DNA of 64,000 nucleotides from a virus. Its lineage: Duplodnaviria > Caudoviricetes. The translations under genes and the position numbers were made by a program. Each line of letters starts with the position of its first letter. The first letter of the stretch is position 1. Where the stretch lies: positions 1,497-65,496 of IMG/VR virus record IMGVR_UViG_3300039109_000042. The stretch is one strand, 5' to 3'. Shown here one piece after another: positions 7,042 through 16,983 of this stretch. Below the pieces are notes generated by a model. It did no database searches. It saw only the letters and a program-made list of their open reading frames with translations, and had not been told where the DNA came from.

Positions 7042-7248
7042 TTAGTGCGGGTAGCGCTGGTTCATCGTAGGTGCCACAACCTCAAGCACCACGTCCACGA
7101 GGGGCTCGTTCGGCCAGAACTGGGCGGTCTCCCTCAGCAACCAGCGCTGGTACCGCTGTCTCTCGTGGAGGGTGTTGTTCTTGGGGGTGCGGAGGTCGAA
7201 CAGCGTCTCGCAGAACAGGACCATCTGCGCCTTCGTTGGTGCCGTCAT
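7042..7248 (-). CDS. hypothetical protein
   Basis: Restarted at MTAPTK after AGGAG. Confidence 0.6.
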   Translation of the reverse strand: MTAPTKAQMVLFCETLFDLRTPKNNTLHERQRYQRWLLRETAQFWPNEPLVDVVLEVVAPTMNQRYPH

Positions 7249-7327
7249 GTGTTGCTCCTGCTGAGGTGGTTTGTCTTGGTGCCGTGCTGCGTGGGGCTGC
7301 CTGCCCACGCTCAGGTTGGTGCCGTTC

Positions 7328-7597
7328 TTACTCGCTCACTTCCTGCGTGGCGATGGTGCCGTTCTTCTCTTCCTTCTTGATCTGTCCCTTGTACCAACCG
7401 TAGTGCTTGTTGAACTTGGAGCACGCCGCGGTGGTGGGGTGGAACTTGTTGATCTTCGCCTGTGTCTCGCTCTTAGGCACGCCAGCGAGGATGTCCCCGC
7501 GGATGGTTTGGCGAATGGAGAGCGGGAGAGGGTTGTTGACTTTGTTCGACTGCGTCGTGACGGTGGTGTGGGTGGATTGCTGCGCGACTGTGGTCAT
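7328..7597 (-). CDS. SIRQ-family paralog 3
   Basis: SIRQTIRGDILAG...FHPTTAACSK..KHYGWYKGQIKKE; GGGAG SD. Confidence 0.75.
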   Translation of the reverse strand: MTTVAQQSTHTTVTTQSNKVNNPLPLSIRQTIRGDILAGVPKSETQAKINKFHPTTAACSKFNKHYGWYKGQIKKEEKNGTIATQEVSE

Positions 7598-7844
7598 TTG
7601 GATCTCCCAGATGGGGTGGTTTTCGCATCATGAAGAATCAACGAATCAATTAACTCGTTAATTTTCATAAATAAATATATATTATTGGTATTCCGGGAGA
7701 TACTTCCTTGCATCGTGCCCAAAAATAGCGCTAGCCTCACAAATAGAAATACGTTATTTCTCATAAGTGTTCCATTAAGTATTTCGTAATGGCTAATAAC
7801 AACGCATAACTCCTAACTAGCATATTGCTGCTGTGCATTCTGAT

Positions 7845-8127
7845 GACACCCGGAAACACTCACCAAAATGAGTCGCGTATTGTATCGCCCGCGCGCGCGT
7901 AGAGACGGGGGCCCACCTGATCAATACAAACTATTAACACAATTAAATTATGTCATGACACTTGACACCCGGAATAGGACTCAAAGTGCACTGTTCCTGG
8001 GACCAAGAACCAGGACGCACGAGGCCTGGCGACATGTACCTCTGGTCCTCTCTCTTGATGCCAAGCCCACATCAGTTTTATTCGGTTATCTGCACAAATT
8101 AAAGCTCTACGCAATGACACATGACAC
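7845..8127 (+). repeat. left copy of multi-block inverted repeat (origin-like)
   Basis: Four collinear blocks match the reverse complement of 38055-38268; core 7946-7975 is 29/30 identical. Confidence 0.85.
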
Positions 8128-8169
8128 CTCACCAGTCCCAGTCCCCCTTCATGCCGCCTGGCTTGGCGG

Positions 8170-8198
8170 TGTACAAGACCTTCCCGGTATGTTATGAT
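8170..8198 (+). promoter_or_regulatory. promoter for terS
   Basis: TGTACA-N17-TATGAT with TG extension. Confidence 0.65.
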
Positions 8199-8246
8199 CC
8201 GTTGCACACAGAGCAACCGTGACAGGTCCTCAGCTAAGGTCATCAT

Positions 8247-8747
8247 ATGCCTCGTCCAGTCAGAACCGACGGCAAGAAGAAGGGCGCCAGGCGATCCGAT
8301 ACCCCCACCAGGCACGCAGCGGTGAAGGCCGGGATCACCAAGGAAGACCCGAAACCCAACGGCGGCATCCCGCGGTTGGAGCTCGTGGAGTCCGTGCTGT
8401 ACGAGATGGCCAAGAGCTATGCCAGCTACGACACCCTGGGGTGCATCTTTGGTGTCTCGGGTGCCCACATCCAGCAGACCTACCCGGGTTTGGTTGAGAA
8501 GGCGCGCGCCGAGGGCCTGAAGAACCTGCACGCGGCACAGTTCGCGGCCGCCACGCAGGATCGGAACCCCACGATGCTCATCTGGCTCGGCAAGCAGTAC
8601 CTGAATCAGAAGGATGTCAACCGCACTGAGCACACCGGGGCCGACGGCAAGCCGATCGAGACCCAGAATCAGAACTTCAACAGGGCTGTTGCCTACATCC
8701 CTGAGAACAACCGCGATCCTGCGCCCGAAGAGCCGAAAACCGAGTAA
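8247..8747 (+). CDS. terS: terminase small subunit
   Basis: HTH-like region, MLIWLGKQYLNQKD and EHTGADGKPI motifs; upstream of terL. Confidence 0.85.
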   Translation: MPRPVRTDGKKKGARRSDTPTRHAAVKAGITKEDPKPNGGIPRLELVESVLYEMAKSYASYDTLGCIFGVSGAHIQQTYPGLVEKARAEGLKNLHAAQFAAATQDRNPTMLIWLGKQYLNQKDVNRTEHTGADGKPIETQNQNFNRAVAYIPENNRDPAPEEPKTE

Positions 8748-8928
8748 TCTCCGTCCCGCCAGGCACGCTACGCGAGTCCGCTGCTCATCCAGGCACACGC
8801 TCTGCGTCCCAAGACATGGCTTTGGGCTCACGGGAGTCCCTGGATGAGTGGATTCATGTCTAAGTCACCGCAAATGTCACAGGGTTCACCCAAAAGCCGC
8901 CGACGCCATGACCGTTAGCACCTAGACG

Positions 8929-9423
8929 ATGACTGTCTTACCTAAGGCACTGATCGGACCAATCAAGATGCGTCTCGGGGTCGACTGCACCGGCCTCCTG
9001 AGCGTCGCGGGCATCTACCGGATCTTTTGTGCACCCCTAGGTAGGTCATACATTGGTCAGACGACGGATGCAGCCCGCAGGTGGCTCGAGCACCAGCAGG
9101 ACCTGTGGTCTGGGCAGCATATGAACTCAGCCTTGCAGACTGCGTTCGACCTCTACGGCTACCAGGCCTTCACGTTTAGCGTCTTGGAGCGTTTGCCACA
9201 GCGCTACCATGAGGCGACCTATGCCTTGGCTGAGGATCGTTGGTTACGTCTGCACCGACAACAGTCTACCGTGTTCAACGTAAGACCGGCCGGCACCGAT
9301 CACTGGTTAACCAAGACGGCAGCTGGGCGGGAGGCGGGCAAGGCGTGGCTAAAAGCCGACCAGGCCGGACGTGAAGCACGTCCTCAGGGCAACTTTCACC
9401 GACGTAATAAGGATCACCTGTGA
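8929..9423 (+). CDS. GIY-YIG endonuclease (free-standing)
   Basis: GIYRI...SYIGQT...RRWLEH...H.NSALQ...FTFSVLE. Confidence 0.85.
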   Translation: MTVLPKALIGPIKMRLGVDCTGLLSVAGIYRIFCAPLGRSYIGQTTDAARRWLEHQQDLWSGQHMNSALQTAFDLYGYQAFTFSVLERLPQRYHEATYALAEDRWLRLHRQQSTVFNVRPAGTDHWLTKTAAGREAGKAWLKADQAGREARPQGNFHRRNKDHL

Positions 9424-9650
9424 ATGAGAGGCCTAGGCGCATTGAACCCATCAAGAATCGACCTGTACGTGAGCAGGCGACCATTCACCTCGTTAGTCAG
9501 TTGCGCCGGGCATTCCAGCGGTATGTTGATGCCTTTGACGAGGCTGAACGTCAACAGGCCTTGGCTGATTTTAACCGGGCAAGTGTTAACCTTGAGATCA
9601 TCGGGATCCCGTTAGATGACAGCGACACTGCAGCAGGACCCGATCGTTGA
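9420..9650 (+). CDS. hypothetical protein
   Basis: ORF track; GTGA coupling; AAGGA SD. Confidence 0.5.
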   Translation: MNERPRRIEPIKNRPVREQATIHLVSQLRRAFQRYVDAFDEAERQQALADFNRASVNLEIIGIPLDDSDTAAGPDR

Positions 9651-11085
9651 GATTAAGCCTCAGCCAGGGCCACAGGAACAGTTCCTAAGCACATCGGCAG
9701 ATATCGCTATCTATGGTGGTGCAGCTGGTGGTGGAAAGACCTGGGCTGAGCTGGTAGAGCCACTACGCTTCCTGCTGCCATCAGAGCGGTGGGAGCACGG
9801 GGTCAAGGGGTTCTTTGGGGTGATCTTCAGGCGCACAGCGCCAATGATCCGAAATGAGGGTGGCCTCTGGGATGAGTCTCAGACACTTTACCCACACTTT
9901 GGGGCCAAGCCACGGGAGACCATCCTGGAGTGGGTCTTTCCAAACGGTTGTACGATGCGCTTTGCGTCGATGCAGCATGAGAAGGACAGGCTCAACTGGC
10001 AAGGTAGCCAGATACCTTATATAGCTTTTGACGAGCTGACCCACTTCACGGAGGAGCAGTTCTTTTACATGCTCAGCCGGAACAGGAGCATGTGTGGGGT
10101 TAAGCCGTACATCAGGGCCACCACCAATCCTGACGCTGACAGCTGGGTGGCTGAGTTCATCAGCTGGTGGATTGACCAGGAAGAGGACAGCCCGACCTAT
10201 GGCCTGCCTATCCCTGCCAGGGCTGGTGTGTTACGCTACTTCATCAGGCTGGATGGGGTCATCACCTGGGGTGATACCAAGAAGGAGCTGTATAGCCGCC
10301 TGCCAAAGATGCCTGCTGACGTTGACATCTCGAAGCTGGTCAAGTCGGTCACCTTCATTCCAGCCACGATCTATGACAACAAGAAGCTGCTCGATCAGAA
10401 CCCGGAGTACCTGGCTAATCTGCTGAGCCAAAGTTACGTGGAGCGTGAGCGTTTGCTCGGTGGCAACTGGAAGGTCAAGCCAACCGCCGGCAAGATCTTT
10501 AACTCCAGCTGGTGGAACAACAAGACCTTGGATGCTGCCCCAGCTGAGGGGATCCGCTGGGCACGGTACTGGGACAAGGCTGGGACTGACGAGATGGAGG
10601 CCACAGGCAGGACGCCATACACGGTAGGTGTGCTCATCGGGAAGGATCGGCACAACATCTACTATATCAGGGACGTCAAGCGAGAAAGGCTCTCTGCCAT
10701 GAAGCGGGAGCGGCTCATCAAGGCCACCGCATATGAGGATGAGGCAATCCTGAGTAGGTCGGTGAAGATCTTCGTGGAGCAGGAGCCAGGTTCTGGTGGC
10801 AAGGAGTCAGCTGAGGCTAGCACCAGGAACCTGTCAGGCTTCATCATCAAGACGGACAGGGTCACCGGCGACAAGATCAGCCGAGCCTTACCGATGTCTG
10901 CCCAGGTGGAGGCAGGAAACGTCTATCTGATCAAGGGCGACTGGAACAAAAGCTACATTCAGGAGCTGCACGCTTTCCCAGACAACGAGATCAAAGACCA
11001 AGTTGATGCCTCATCAGGTGGCTTCAATAAGCTGTCAAGGCTACATAGCTACGATCTCAAAGATTGGCCGACCTCAGGTCGATAG
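9616..11085 (+). CDS. terL: terminase large subunit
   Basis: Walker A GGAAGGGKT, Walker B IAFDE, ATTNP, nuclease WD...EQEPGSGG...DQVDA. Confidence 0.97.
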   Translation: MTATLQQDPIVEIKPQPGPQEQFLSTSADIAIYGGAAGGGKTWAELVEPLRFLLPSERWEHGVKGFFGVIFRRTAPMIRNEGGLWDESQTLYPHFGAKPRETILEWVFPNGCTMRFASMQHEKDRLNWQGSQIPYIAFDELTHFTEEQFFYMLSRNRSMCGVKPYIRATTNPDADSWVAEFISWWIDQEEDSPTYGLPIPARAGVLRYFIRLDGVITWGDTKKELYSRLPKMPADVDISKLVKSVTFIPATIYDNKKLLDQNPEYLANLLSQSYVERERLLGGNWKVKPTAGKIFNSSWWNNKTLDAAPAEGIRWARYWDKAGTDEMEATGRTPYTVGVLIGKDRHNIYYIRDVKRERLSAMKRERLIKATAYEDEAILSRSVKIFVEQEPGSGGKESAEASTRNLSGFIIKTDRVTGDKISRALPMSAQVEAGNVYLIKGDWNKSYIQELHAFPDNEIKDQVDASSGGFNKLSRLHSYDLKDWPTSGR

Positions 11086-11115
11086 TGTACGTCAAGAGCT
11101 AGTGTGCGCTAGATT
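11086..11115 (+). promoter_or_regulatory. phage promoter motif
   Basis: TGTACG-N18-TAGATT upstream of portal. Confidence 0.55.
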
Positions 11116-11142
11116 CACCTCACCACTAAACTAACCAGGCCT

Positions 11143-12906
11143 ATGGCACTTAGAGCTACCATACCACAAGGTACCAAGGCGCGTGCTGTTAAGGCGCTGA
11201 AGGCTGCGCAGACTGCCATGAGCTTTCTGGATAGTCGCCATCCGATCTATGTGGCCAACCATGATCGCTGGGTGATCAACGAGTCGAGGTACGCTGGTGG
11301 TGATGACGTCCTTGACGAGCTAGAGGCGTTCGACTGGGAGACTGACCTTACGATTATCGGTCATCTTGAGAAGCGCAAGAACCAGGCGATCTACATCAAC
11401 TTCCCTGAGATCTTCTGTTCAGCCATAGCAGGCCATCTGCTTCGATTTGCCCCTAAGCCTGGTACTAACCTGGATTTTGGTGGCTTAGGAAAGGTCGGTA
11501 AGACCAAGACGACCACGTCCAGGGCCGACATGATCTATAACAATCCTGATGGCCCCGGCAGCACAGGCTCAGGCTGGGACCTTTGGTGGAGTGACACCTC
11601 GAAGCTAGCGGCTGTCACAGGGCACAGGTGGATCTATGTAGAGTCACCCGATGAAGCCCCGATGACACAGGCGCATGAGGCGCAGGGCATGCGCCCGTAC
11701 CTGTGCGAGTACTCCCCGATCGATGTTACCAACTGGTCATATGACAGCAAGGGTAACCTAGAGTTTGCAGTGCTACGCTTCTGGGAGTACTACCCTGAAC
11801 GAGTCGTCACCTTTGCCTTTGACCAGGCAACGTTGCAGGGGTTCAGTTACCTGCTGCTGGTTCGCGAGGGCTATGCTGGTATGGGGTTGGAGTACTCAGG
11901 AGGTGGCTGGTTCAAATTCACCCCGGAAAAAGAGCCCTACGACAATGGAGACTTCGCTGACACCATGGGCGAGATCCCGCTCTTCCCTCTCTTCTATGAG
12001 AGAAGCAAGGGGACACGCAAGCGGCCAGCGATGAGCAGGCCTGGTGTGACGGAGCTGGGACAGGCTGCCATCGCCGGTATGAACGTAGGGTCAGCCGCCA
12101 ACTTCAACGCGATTGATATCGGGCAGGGGCTTACCTTCTTTATGGGAGTGGATCAAGATGGACAGGAGCTTGCAGTTGGCCAGATCAAGCGCGGTGATCG
12201 CTGGATTGGCGTCCCACCTAATGAGGATACCGAGATCACCCCGCACCTCGCTATGTCAGGTCAGGCAAGTGTCACCAGCAGCTTGTTCGATGCCAGAGAG
12301 CGGGCCATCTGGGCAGCTGCCGTACAGCTGGGCATCTCTGAGGCAGCAGGACCATCAGCCGCGCCTAGTGCAAAGTCTGGACCTGGTCAGTCAGGGGCAG
12401 GTCAGCAGGCATCACACGCCACGAGCCAGGCACCAAAGATCACGAAGGTAGCTGCCAACCTTGAGATGGCTCAGCAGATTGCCATTGACTTTTTACATCT
12501 TAGGTTTGGGTTAGGCAAATCAACCGGATCAGTTACCTGGCCTAAGAAGTTCGACCTTGTCGAGCTTGTTGACCGGATCAAGCAGTATTTCGAGGTGAGC
12601 CGTCTGTCTGGTGTTGCTAGCCCGACTGTTGACAGCACGGCGATGACGCAGGTTGCCAAGGACAAGGGGCTTATCGGTGCTGATCCTGCTGTAGAGCAGA
12701 AGGTGCTGACCGAGTTCCAGGGGGCTGCCAAGACCAAGCAGCTGGCTGCTAAGAACCAGGCACAGGGCAAGGTGGCAGGAGGTGCTGCAGGCAGCAAGAT
12801 GGCGCCACCTCAGAAAGGAAGCACTGCCGACAAGCAGAAGGCGCGTGAGGCAGGAAAGAAGCAGGACAAGAAGCAGGCAGGTAGGAACACTGGTGGTCTT
12901 AGGTAG
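11143..12906 (+). CDS. portal protein
   Basis: 587 aa after terL; RPYLCEYSPIDVTNW and GEIPLFP motifs typical of SPP1/DUF4055-type portals. Confidence 0.85.
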   Translation: MALRATIPQGTKARAVKALKAAQTAMSFLDSRHPIYVANHDRWVINESRYAGGDDVLDELEAFDWETDLTIIGHLEKRKNQAIYINFPEIFCSAIAGHLLRFAPKPGTNLDFGGLGKVGKTKTTTSRADMIYNNPDGPGSTGSGWDLWWSDTSKLAAVTGHRWIYVESPDEAPMTQAHEAQGMRPYLCEYSPIDVTNWSYDSKGNLEFAVLRFWEYYPERVVTFAFDQATLQGFSYLLLVREGYAGMGLEYSGGGWFKFTPEKEPYDNGDFADTMGEIPLFPLFYERSKGTRKRPAMSRPGVTELGQAAIAGMNVGSAANFNAIDIGQGLTFFMGVDQDGQELAVGQIKRGDRWIGVPPNEDTEITPHLAMSGQASVTSSLFDARERAIWAAAVQLGISEAAGPSAAPSAKSGPGQSGAGQQASHATSQAPKITKVAANLEMAQQIAIDFLHLRFGLGKSTGSVTWPKKFDLVELVDRIKQYFEVSRLSGVASPTVDSTAMTQVAKDKGLIGADPAVEQKVLTEFQGAAKTKQLAAKNQAQGKVAGGAAGSKMAPPQKGSTADKQKAREAGKKQDKKQAGRNTGGLR

Positions 12907-13152
12907 ATGCCTGACAGTCGCCCTATCGTTCGTCAGCGGGTCTCACTCACTGCAGGTGGTATGCAGGACGATGAGGCAGAGGCCTGGGAAGGTGGGATCA
13001 CTGACGTGACAGTCTTGGCAGTAGATCCTGATGAGGGCATCTGGACCGTGTGGGATCACACCACACGTGAGCTGCGGATGATCAGTTTCGATGAGAACTC
13101 GAACTGGGCCTGGGTCGATCCCACGCCGGATGTTGTTGACGACCAGACCTGA
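12907..13152 (+). CDS. acidic hypothetical protein
   Basis: ORF track; abuts portal stop. Confidence 0.55.
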   Translation: MPDSRPIVRQRVSLTAGGMQDDEAEAWEGGITDVTVLAVDPDEGIWTVWDHTTRELRMISFDENSNWAWVDPTPDVVDDQT

Positions 13153-13262
13153 CTAGTTTACAGAGGGCTCGGGTCGTACTACAATACGCGCACGTACAAT
13201 ACTGGGCAATCGGTTGGCCCCAACAGCCGTACCACTGGGTTCTCCACCCAAACGGAGTGCAC

Positions 13263-14060
13263 ATGACACCGGAAGAGCTGAAGCAGTTTGGTGAGCTGGC
13301 GAAGAAGTATGAACCAGCTGACAAGGATGCTGTGCTGAAGATCGTGAAGGATGACATCCATCCGATCTTTCAGGACATCAACGATGGTGGACGAGCAGCG
13401 GCGAACACAGCCGCACAGACCAAGATCACGAAAGCCGAGGGTGAACGTGATACTGCTCTGGCGAAGGTCACCAAGGTAGAGAAGGACCTGGCCGATCTAA
13501 ATGGTCAGGCACCTGATGCCGCCAAGCTGCGGAAGAAGTACGAGGATGACCTGACTGCTGCTCGGACGGACTTCGACACCAAGACGGTTGCTCTCAAGAA
13601 TCAGCTCAAGGACACGAGGAAGGACAACAACCTAAACAGGCTTGTTGACATCCTCTCAGATCCAGCCGGTGAGTATCAGATCAACCGCGAGTATGCGGAG
13701 ACGATCCTGATCAAGAAGCCGGAGGTCGCCGGACGCGTTGTCGTTGATGATGACGGCAAGTTGACGGTGTTGAAGGCCGGAACCACGGACATTCCGCTGG
13801 TGCCACCTTCTGATGGCAAGAAGACGCTGCTTCACCTGCTCGCAGACGACGTTGCACCAACCGTTGAGAAGACGTGGAAGATCAGCGGTGTGAGGCGTGG
13901 CTCCAACACAAAGGGGTCTGGTGGCGGGGATGGTGAGGTGTCGACGGACAAGAAGGTGTTCACCGACATCAGGACGAAGACGCAGGCCAAGGAAAAGGCT
14001 GCGGTTGAAAGTAAGAAAGGCCCATCTGGGTACGAGAAGCTCAGGTCAGGTCGTAGGTAA
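13263..14060 (+). CDS. capsid scaffolding protein
   Basis: Coiled-coil, charged, Gly-rich C-terminal linker; lies before capsid genes; promoter TTTACA-N17-TACAAT at 13157-13185. Confidence 0.7.
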   Translation: MTPEELKQFGELAKKYEPADKDAVLKIVKDDIHPIFQDINDGGRAAANTAAQTKITKAEGERDTALAKVTKVEKDLADLNGQAPDAAKLRKKYEDDLTAARTDFDTKTVALKNQLKDTRKDNNLNRLVDILSDPAGEYQINREYAETILIKKPEVAGRVVVDDDGKLTVLKAGTTDIPLVPPSDGKKTLLHLLADDVAPTVEKTWKISGVRRGSNTKGSGGGDGEVSTDKKVFTDIRTKTQAKEKAAVESKKGPSGYEKLRSGRR

Positions 14061-14084
14061 ACAGCAACTCACTGGAGAACTCAC

Positions 14085-14507
14085 ATGCCGGTTCGTTTTA
14101 ACAAAACCGTCACGTCATCAGGGACGATCTACGGCCGGCCTTTCGTCGGTCCGACAAATCATACGGCCCAGATCAGCGTGGACATCACGCTGCTCACAGC
14201 AGCTGAGGTGGACAGCTTCGGGTATTTGAAGCCAGGTGTCGCCTTCACTGCAGCCGGGGTCCTGATTCCCGCCGCAGGGGTTGTCTTTGGCGTTACGCCA
14301 GAGTCACTTGACGTGCTTCACATCCTGCCTTACAGCGGGATCACATTCGCAGCCGCGCTTGCCGCGGCCGGCGTGCAGCAGCTTGCCGTCGTAACAATCG
14401 GGCAGGTTAACAGGAAGATCATGGAAGACAACCTTGGTCGTGTCCTGACTGCCAATGAGATTGCTGGCTTTGGTCTTGCCGGCTGCCTCATCAAACTTCT
14501 GGCTTAA
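14085..14507 (+). CDS. head decoration protein
   Basis: 140 aa immediately before major capsid gene; GYLKPG motif. Confidence 0.65.
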   Translation: MPVRFNKTVTSSGTIYGRPFVGPTNHTAQISVDITLLTAAEVDSFGYLKPGVAFTAAGVLIPAAGVVFGVTPESLDVLHILPYSGITFAAALAAAGVQQLAVVTIGQVNRKIMEDNLGRVLTANEIAGFGLAGCLIKLLA

Positions 14508-14521
14508 AGGAGAACAAGACA

Positions 14522-15592
14522 ATGGCCTTCTTCTCCTGGGTTGGAGCGGAACAGCGTCTGTCCAACGCTGCGCTCACCGTGCTTGTACAGGCAATCAGCC
14601 CAAACGATCAGGACCAGCTCCTGTGGGATGTGTTCTTTCCCCGACAGGACGTCGACAGTGTGGTGGTCGAGACGATCACGCCGTTGATTGCAACACGTTT
14701 TGTCTCTGACCGGCGTGAGTGGAACGCGAGAGGTCGGTTCATCCCGCAGGAGTTCCCAGGTACTGGGGAACTTGAGATGGTGCCGATTGAGGCGTACTTC
14801 AAGCTCGCCGAGCGTGAGATCCAGAACCTTGAGGAGACGGCCTACGCCAATGAGGCGTTGTTCCAGAAGCTCCTCGGTGTCCAGATCCCCGATCGTACTG
14901 AAGGCCTGGCGCGAGCCAACCTTCGGCGTATCGAGCTGGACACGTTTAACGCTTGGTCCTTGGGCCAGGTGTCGGTACGCAACCCTGTCACAGGTACGCT
15001 GTACACCGCGTCCTACGGGTTCGATGTTACCAGGTACACAACCGCAGGTCCAGCGTGGACCGGTGGTGTTGGTGGCACGGCGTACAACAGCCTGCTCACG
15101 TGGCTGCTCGCCGGTATTGACCGAGGCATGACGATCCAGGGTGTCATGCTGCGGCTTTCCACCCGTGAGGCGATCAGAACATCGGCGCCGAACATGGCCT
15201 TCCCTGTCAACACGAACATCCCACCTGTCCTTGCGGACGTGGAGAAGAGGCTTTCGGACGAGATCGGTGCCGAGTTCCGCTTCTACCTGAACGAGCGGCA
15301 CGTGGACGTGTTCGCAACCGGTGGTCTTGCCACCACGGTCACGAAGCTGTGGCCAGCTCTGACAGTGGCAGTTGTTCCTGCAGGTGAAACTGTAGGGTTC
15401 CAGGCGTATGCCCCTGTGGCACGCGCGTTCGACATCAGCCGCACCAGCCCGGAAGCGGAGATCGACGTGAACGGCATGATCGCGTACACGGAGACCGCCG
15501 GAAACGGCCGTGAGCTGACGGTGGAGTGCCAGGTGAACGCGATGCCAGTACCTCTGGAACGCAACATCTGGGTCATCAACGCCGGCATCTAA
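14522..15592 (+). CDS. major capsid protein (lambda gpE-like)
   Basis: 356 aa; AAGGAG SD; LLWDVFFP N-terminus and NAMPV C-terminus; synteny. Confidence 0.85.
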   Translation: MAFFSWVGAEQRLSNAALTVLVQAISPNDQDQLLWDVFFPRQDVDSVVVETITPLIATRFVSDRREWNARGRFIPQEFPGTGELEMVPIEAYFKLAEREIQNLEETAYANEALFQKLLGVQIPDRTEGLARANLRRIELDTFNAWSLGQVSVRNPVTGTLYTASYGFDVTRYTTAGPAWTGGVGGTAYNSLLTWLLAGIDRGMTIQGVMLRLSTREAIRTSAPNMAFPVNTNIPPVLADVEKRLSDEIGAEFRFYLNERHVDVFATGGLATTVTKLWPALTVAVVPAGETVGFQAYAPVARAFDISRTSPEAEIDVNGMIAYTETAGNGRELTVECQVNAMPVPLERNIWVINAGI

Positions 15593-15664
15593 CCGGATGG
15601 TCAATAGGCTGGTAGGGCACATCCGTCCTACCAGCTGATTTGACATAGCTTGAGGAACAAGCGA

Positions 15665-16195
15665 ATGACTGCAACAAAGACGGAACGCGCGCTCATCCGG
15701 GCCATCAGCGTGAACGGGGAGATGTTTGTCCCCGGTCAGGAAGATGAGATGGAGGCAGCGTTGCAGGCTCATGAGGACGCCCAGGATAAGGACGGTAAGT
15801 TCAACGTCAAGGACGAGCTGAAACGGCTCGAGACCATGGGGTCCATCGCAGGTTTCGCTGATGTGGCCGAGGAAGACTACATCGAGTCGGACGCAGATCG
15901 GCGCGCCACCAAGGAAAAGAACGGTCATCTGCTTCAGGACAAGCGGCCACTTCAGCCGTCAGGTCCTCCAGCACCAACCATGGAGGATGTCCAGCGAACG
16001 GCTGACGACAACGTGGTCGCCGAGAAGATGGCTGGTGGCAAGAAGGAACCCGAGGCGGACAAGGCGAAGCTTGCCAAGGCCACCAAGGAAGCGAACGAGG
16101 AGCTGGAGGAGTCACAGGTGCAGCAGGAGTCTGAGCAGGTCGAGGCTCCGGCCAAGGCCACCAAGGCCAAGGCAAAGGGAAAGGCAAAGAGGTAG
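15665..16195 (+). CDS. charged hypothetical protein with Lys/Ala-rich tail
   Basis: ORF track, restarted at MTATK. Confidence 0.7.
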   Translation: MTATKTERALIRAISVNGEMFVPGQEDEMEAALQAHEDAQDKDGKFNVKDELKRLETMGSIAGFADVAEEDYIESDADRRATKEKNGHLLQDKRPLQPSGPPAPTMEDVQRTADDNVVAEKMAGGKKEPEADKAKLAKATKEANEELEESQVQQESEQVEAPAKATKAKAKGKAKR

Positions 16196-16273
16196 CAACA
16201 CCAAGACCCCGGAAACGTCTGCCCTAGCAGGGCAGGTCCGCGCCGGGGCATCCCCTTTCTCTGAGGAGCCAAG

Positions 16274-16624
16274 ATGCTGTATGACGTAGCCGATCACCCC
16301 CTGCTCTCAGAGGAAGCAGCACAACTCGGGTCCCTTGAGCTTGGCGCACAAGCCAGGATGGCAGAGACGCTGCTAGGTCTGTTGGCGTTCACGGCCTTTG
16401 ACCCGATAACTGATCAAGATAAGTACGACCGTGCCACAGATGCTGTGGCCCTTCAGGTAAGCTACCAGGTAGCTGCTGGTATTGAGGCGTTTTTATCGAT
16501 CCTGGATAGGCGCGGTCTTAGGATCAGACACTACCGTGGACGTGGCCGCATGCCTCCTGTCCACTCAGCTGCCAAAAAGATCATCTCGGCGATCAGGCCA
16601 GCTACGATCATCTCTGGTCGATAG
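16274..16624 (+). CDS. head-tail adaptor
   Basis: Size and synteny; ATDAVALQVSYQ helix. Confidence 0.6.
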   Translation: MLYDVADHPLLSEEAAQLGSLELGAQARMAETLLGLLAFTAFDPITDQDKYDRATDAVALQVSYQVAAGIEAFLSILDRRGLRIRHYRGRGRMPPVHSAAKKIISAIRPATIISGR

Positions 16625-16626
16625 GC

Positions 16627-16983
16627 ATGAACTATCCACATCAAATCACTGTCTACAGGCCTGCAGGCAATGCTGACCCAACCCCTATCGTTCAGGACCC
16701 TGACACTGGTCATACGGCTGACAGTGATCTCACTGATGACAACACTACAGTCTGGACTGGCCGCTGTGACGTCCAAGATATCGGCGAGGTCCTGAAGCGA
16801 GACCCAGCAGGGCAACCAGTGCTCGAGTCGGACGCCACCTGCTTTCTGGCAAAGGAGCGTGCAGTAACCCTCGTGGAAGATGGGGACCTGGTGACGATCA
16901 CCTGGGAAGATCAGACAACCAGTGACGCCCAGGTCCTATCCAGGCGACGTCTTGACGGGGTGCTGGCTCTTCGTCGACTCTGA
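16627..16983 (+). CDS. head closure protein
   Basis: YPHQITVYR...VWTGRCDVQ...GDLVTI. Confidence 0.65.
   Translation: MNYPHQITVYRPAGNADPTPIVQDPDTGHTADSDLTDDNTTVWTGRCDVQDIGEVLKRDPAGQPVLESDATCFLAKERAVTLVEDGDLVTITWEDQTTSDAQVLSRRRLDGVLALRRL

Noticed and set aside
6328-7380. 350-aa plus-strand ORF
   Set aside because: Antisense shadow of several minus-strand genes that have good SDs and coupling; no recognisable motifs.
14504-15928. 474-aa minus-strand ORF and similar long antisense ORFs (e.g. 7953-8831)
   Set aside because: Shadows of the capsid and terS genes expected from codon bias.
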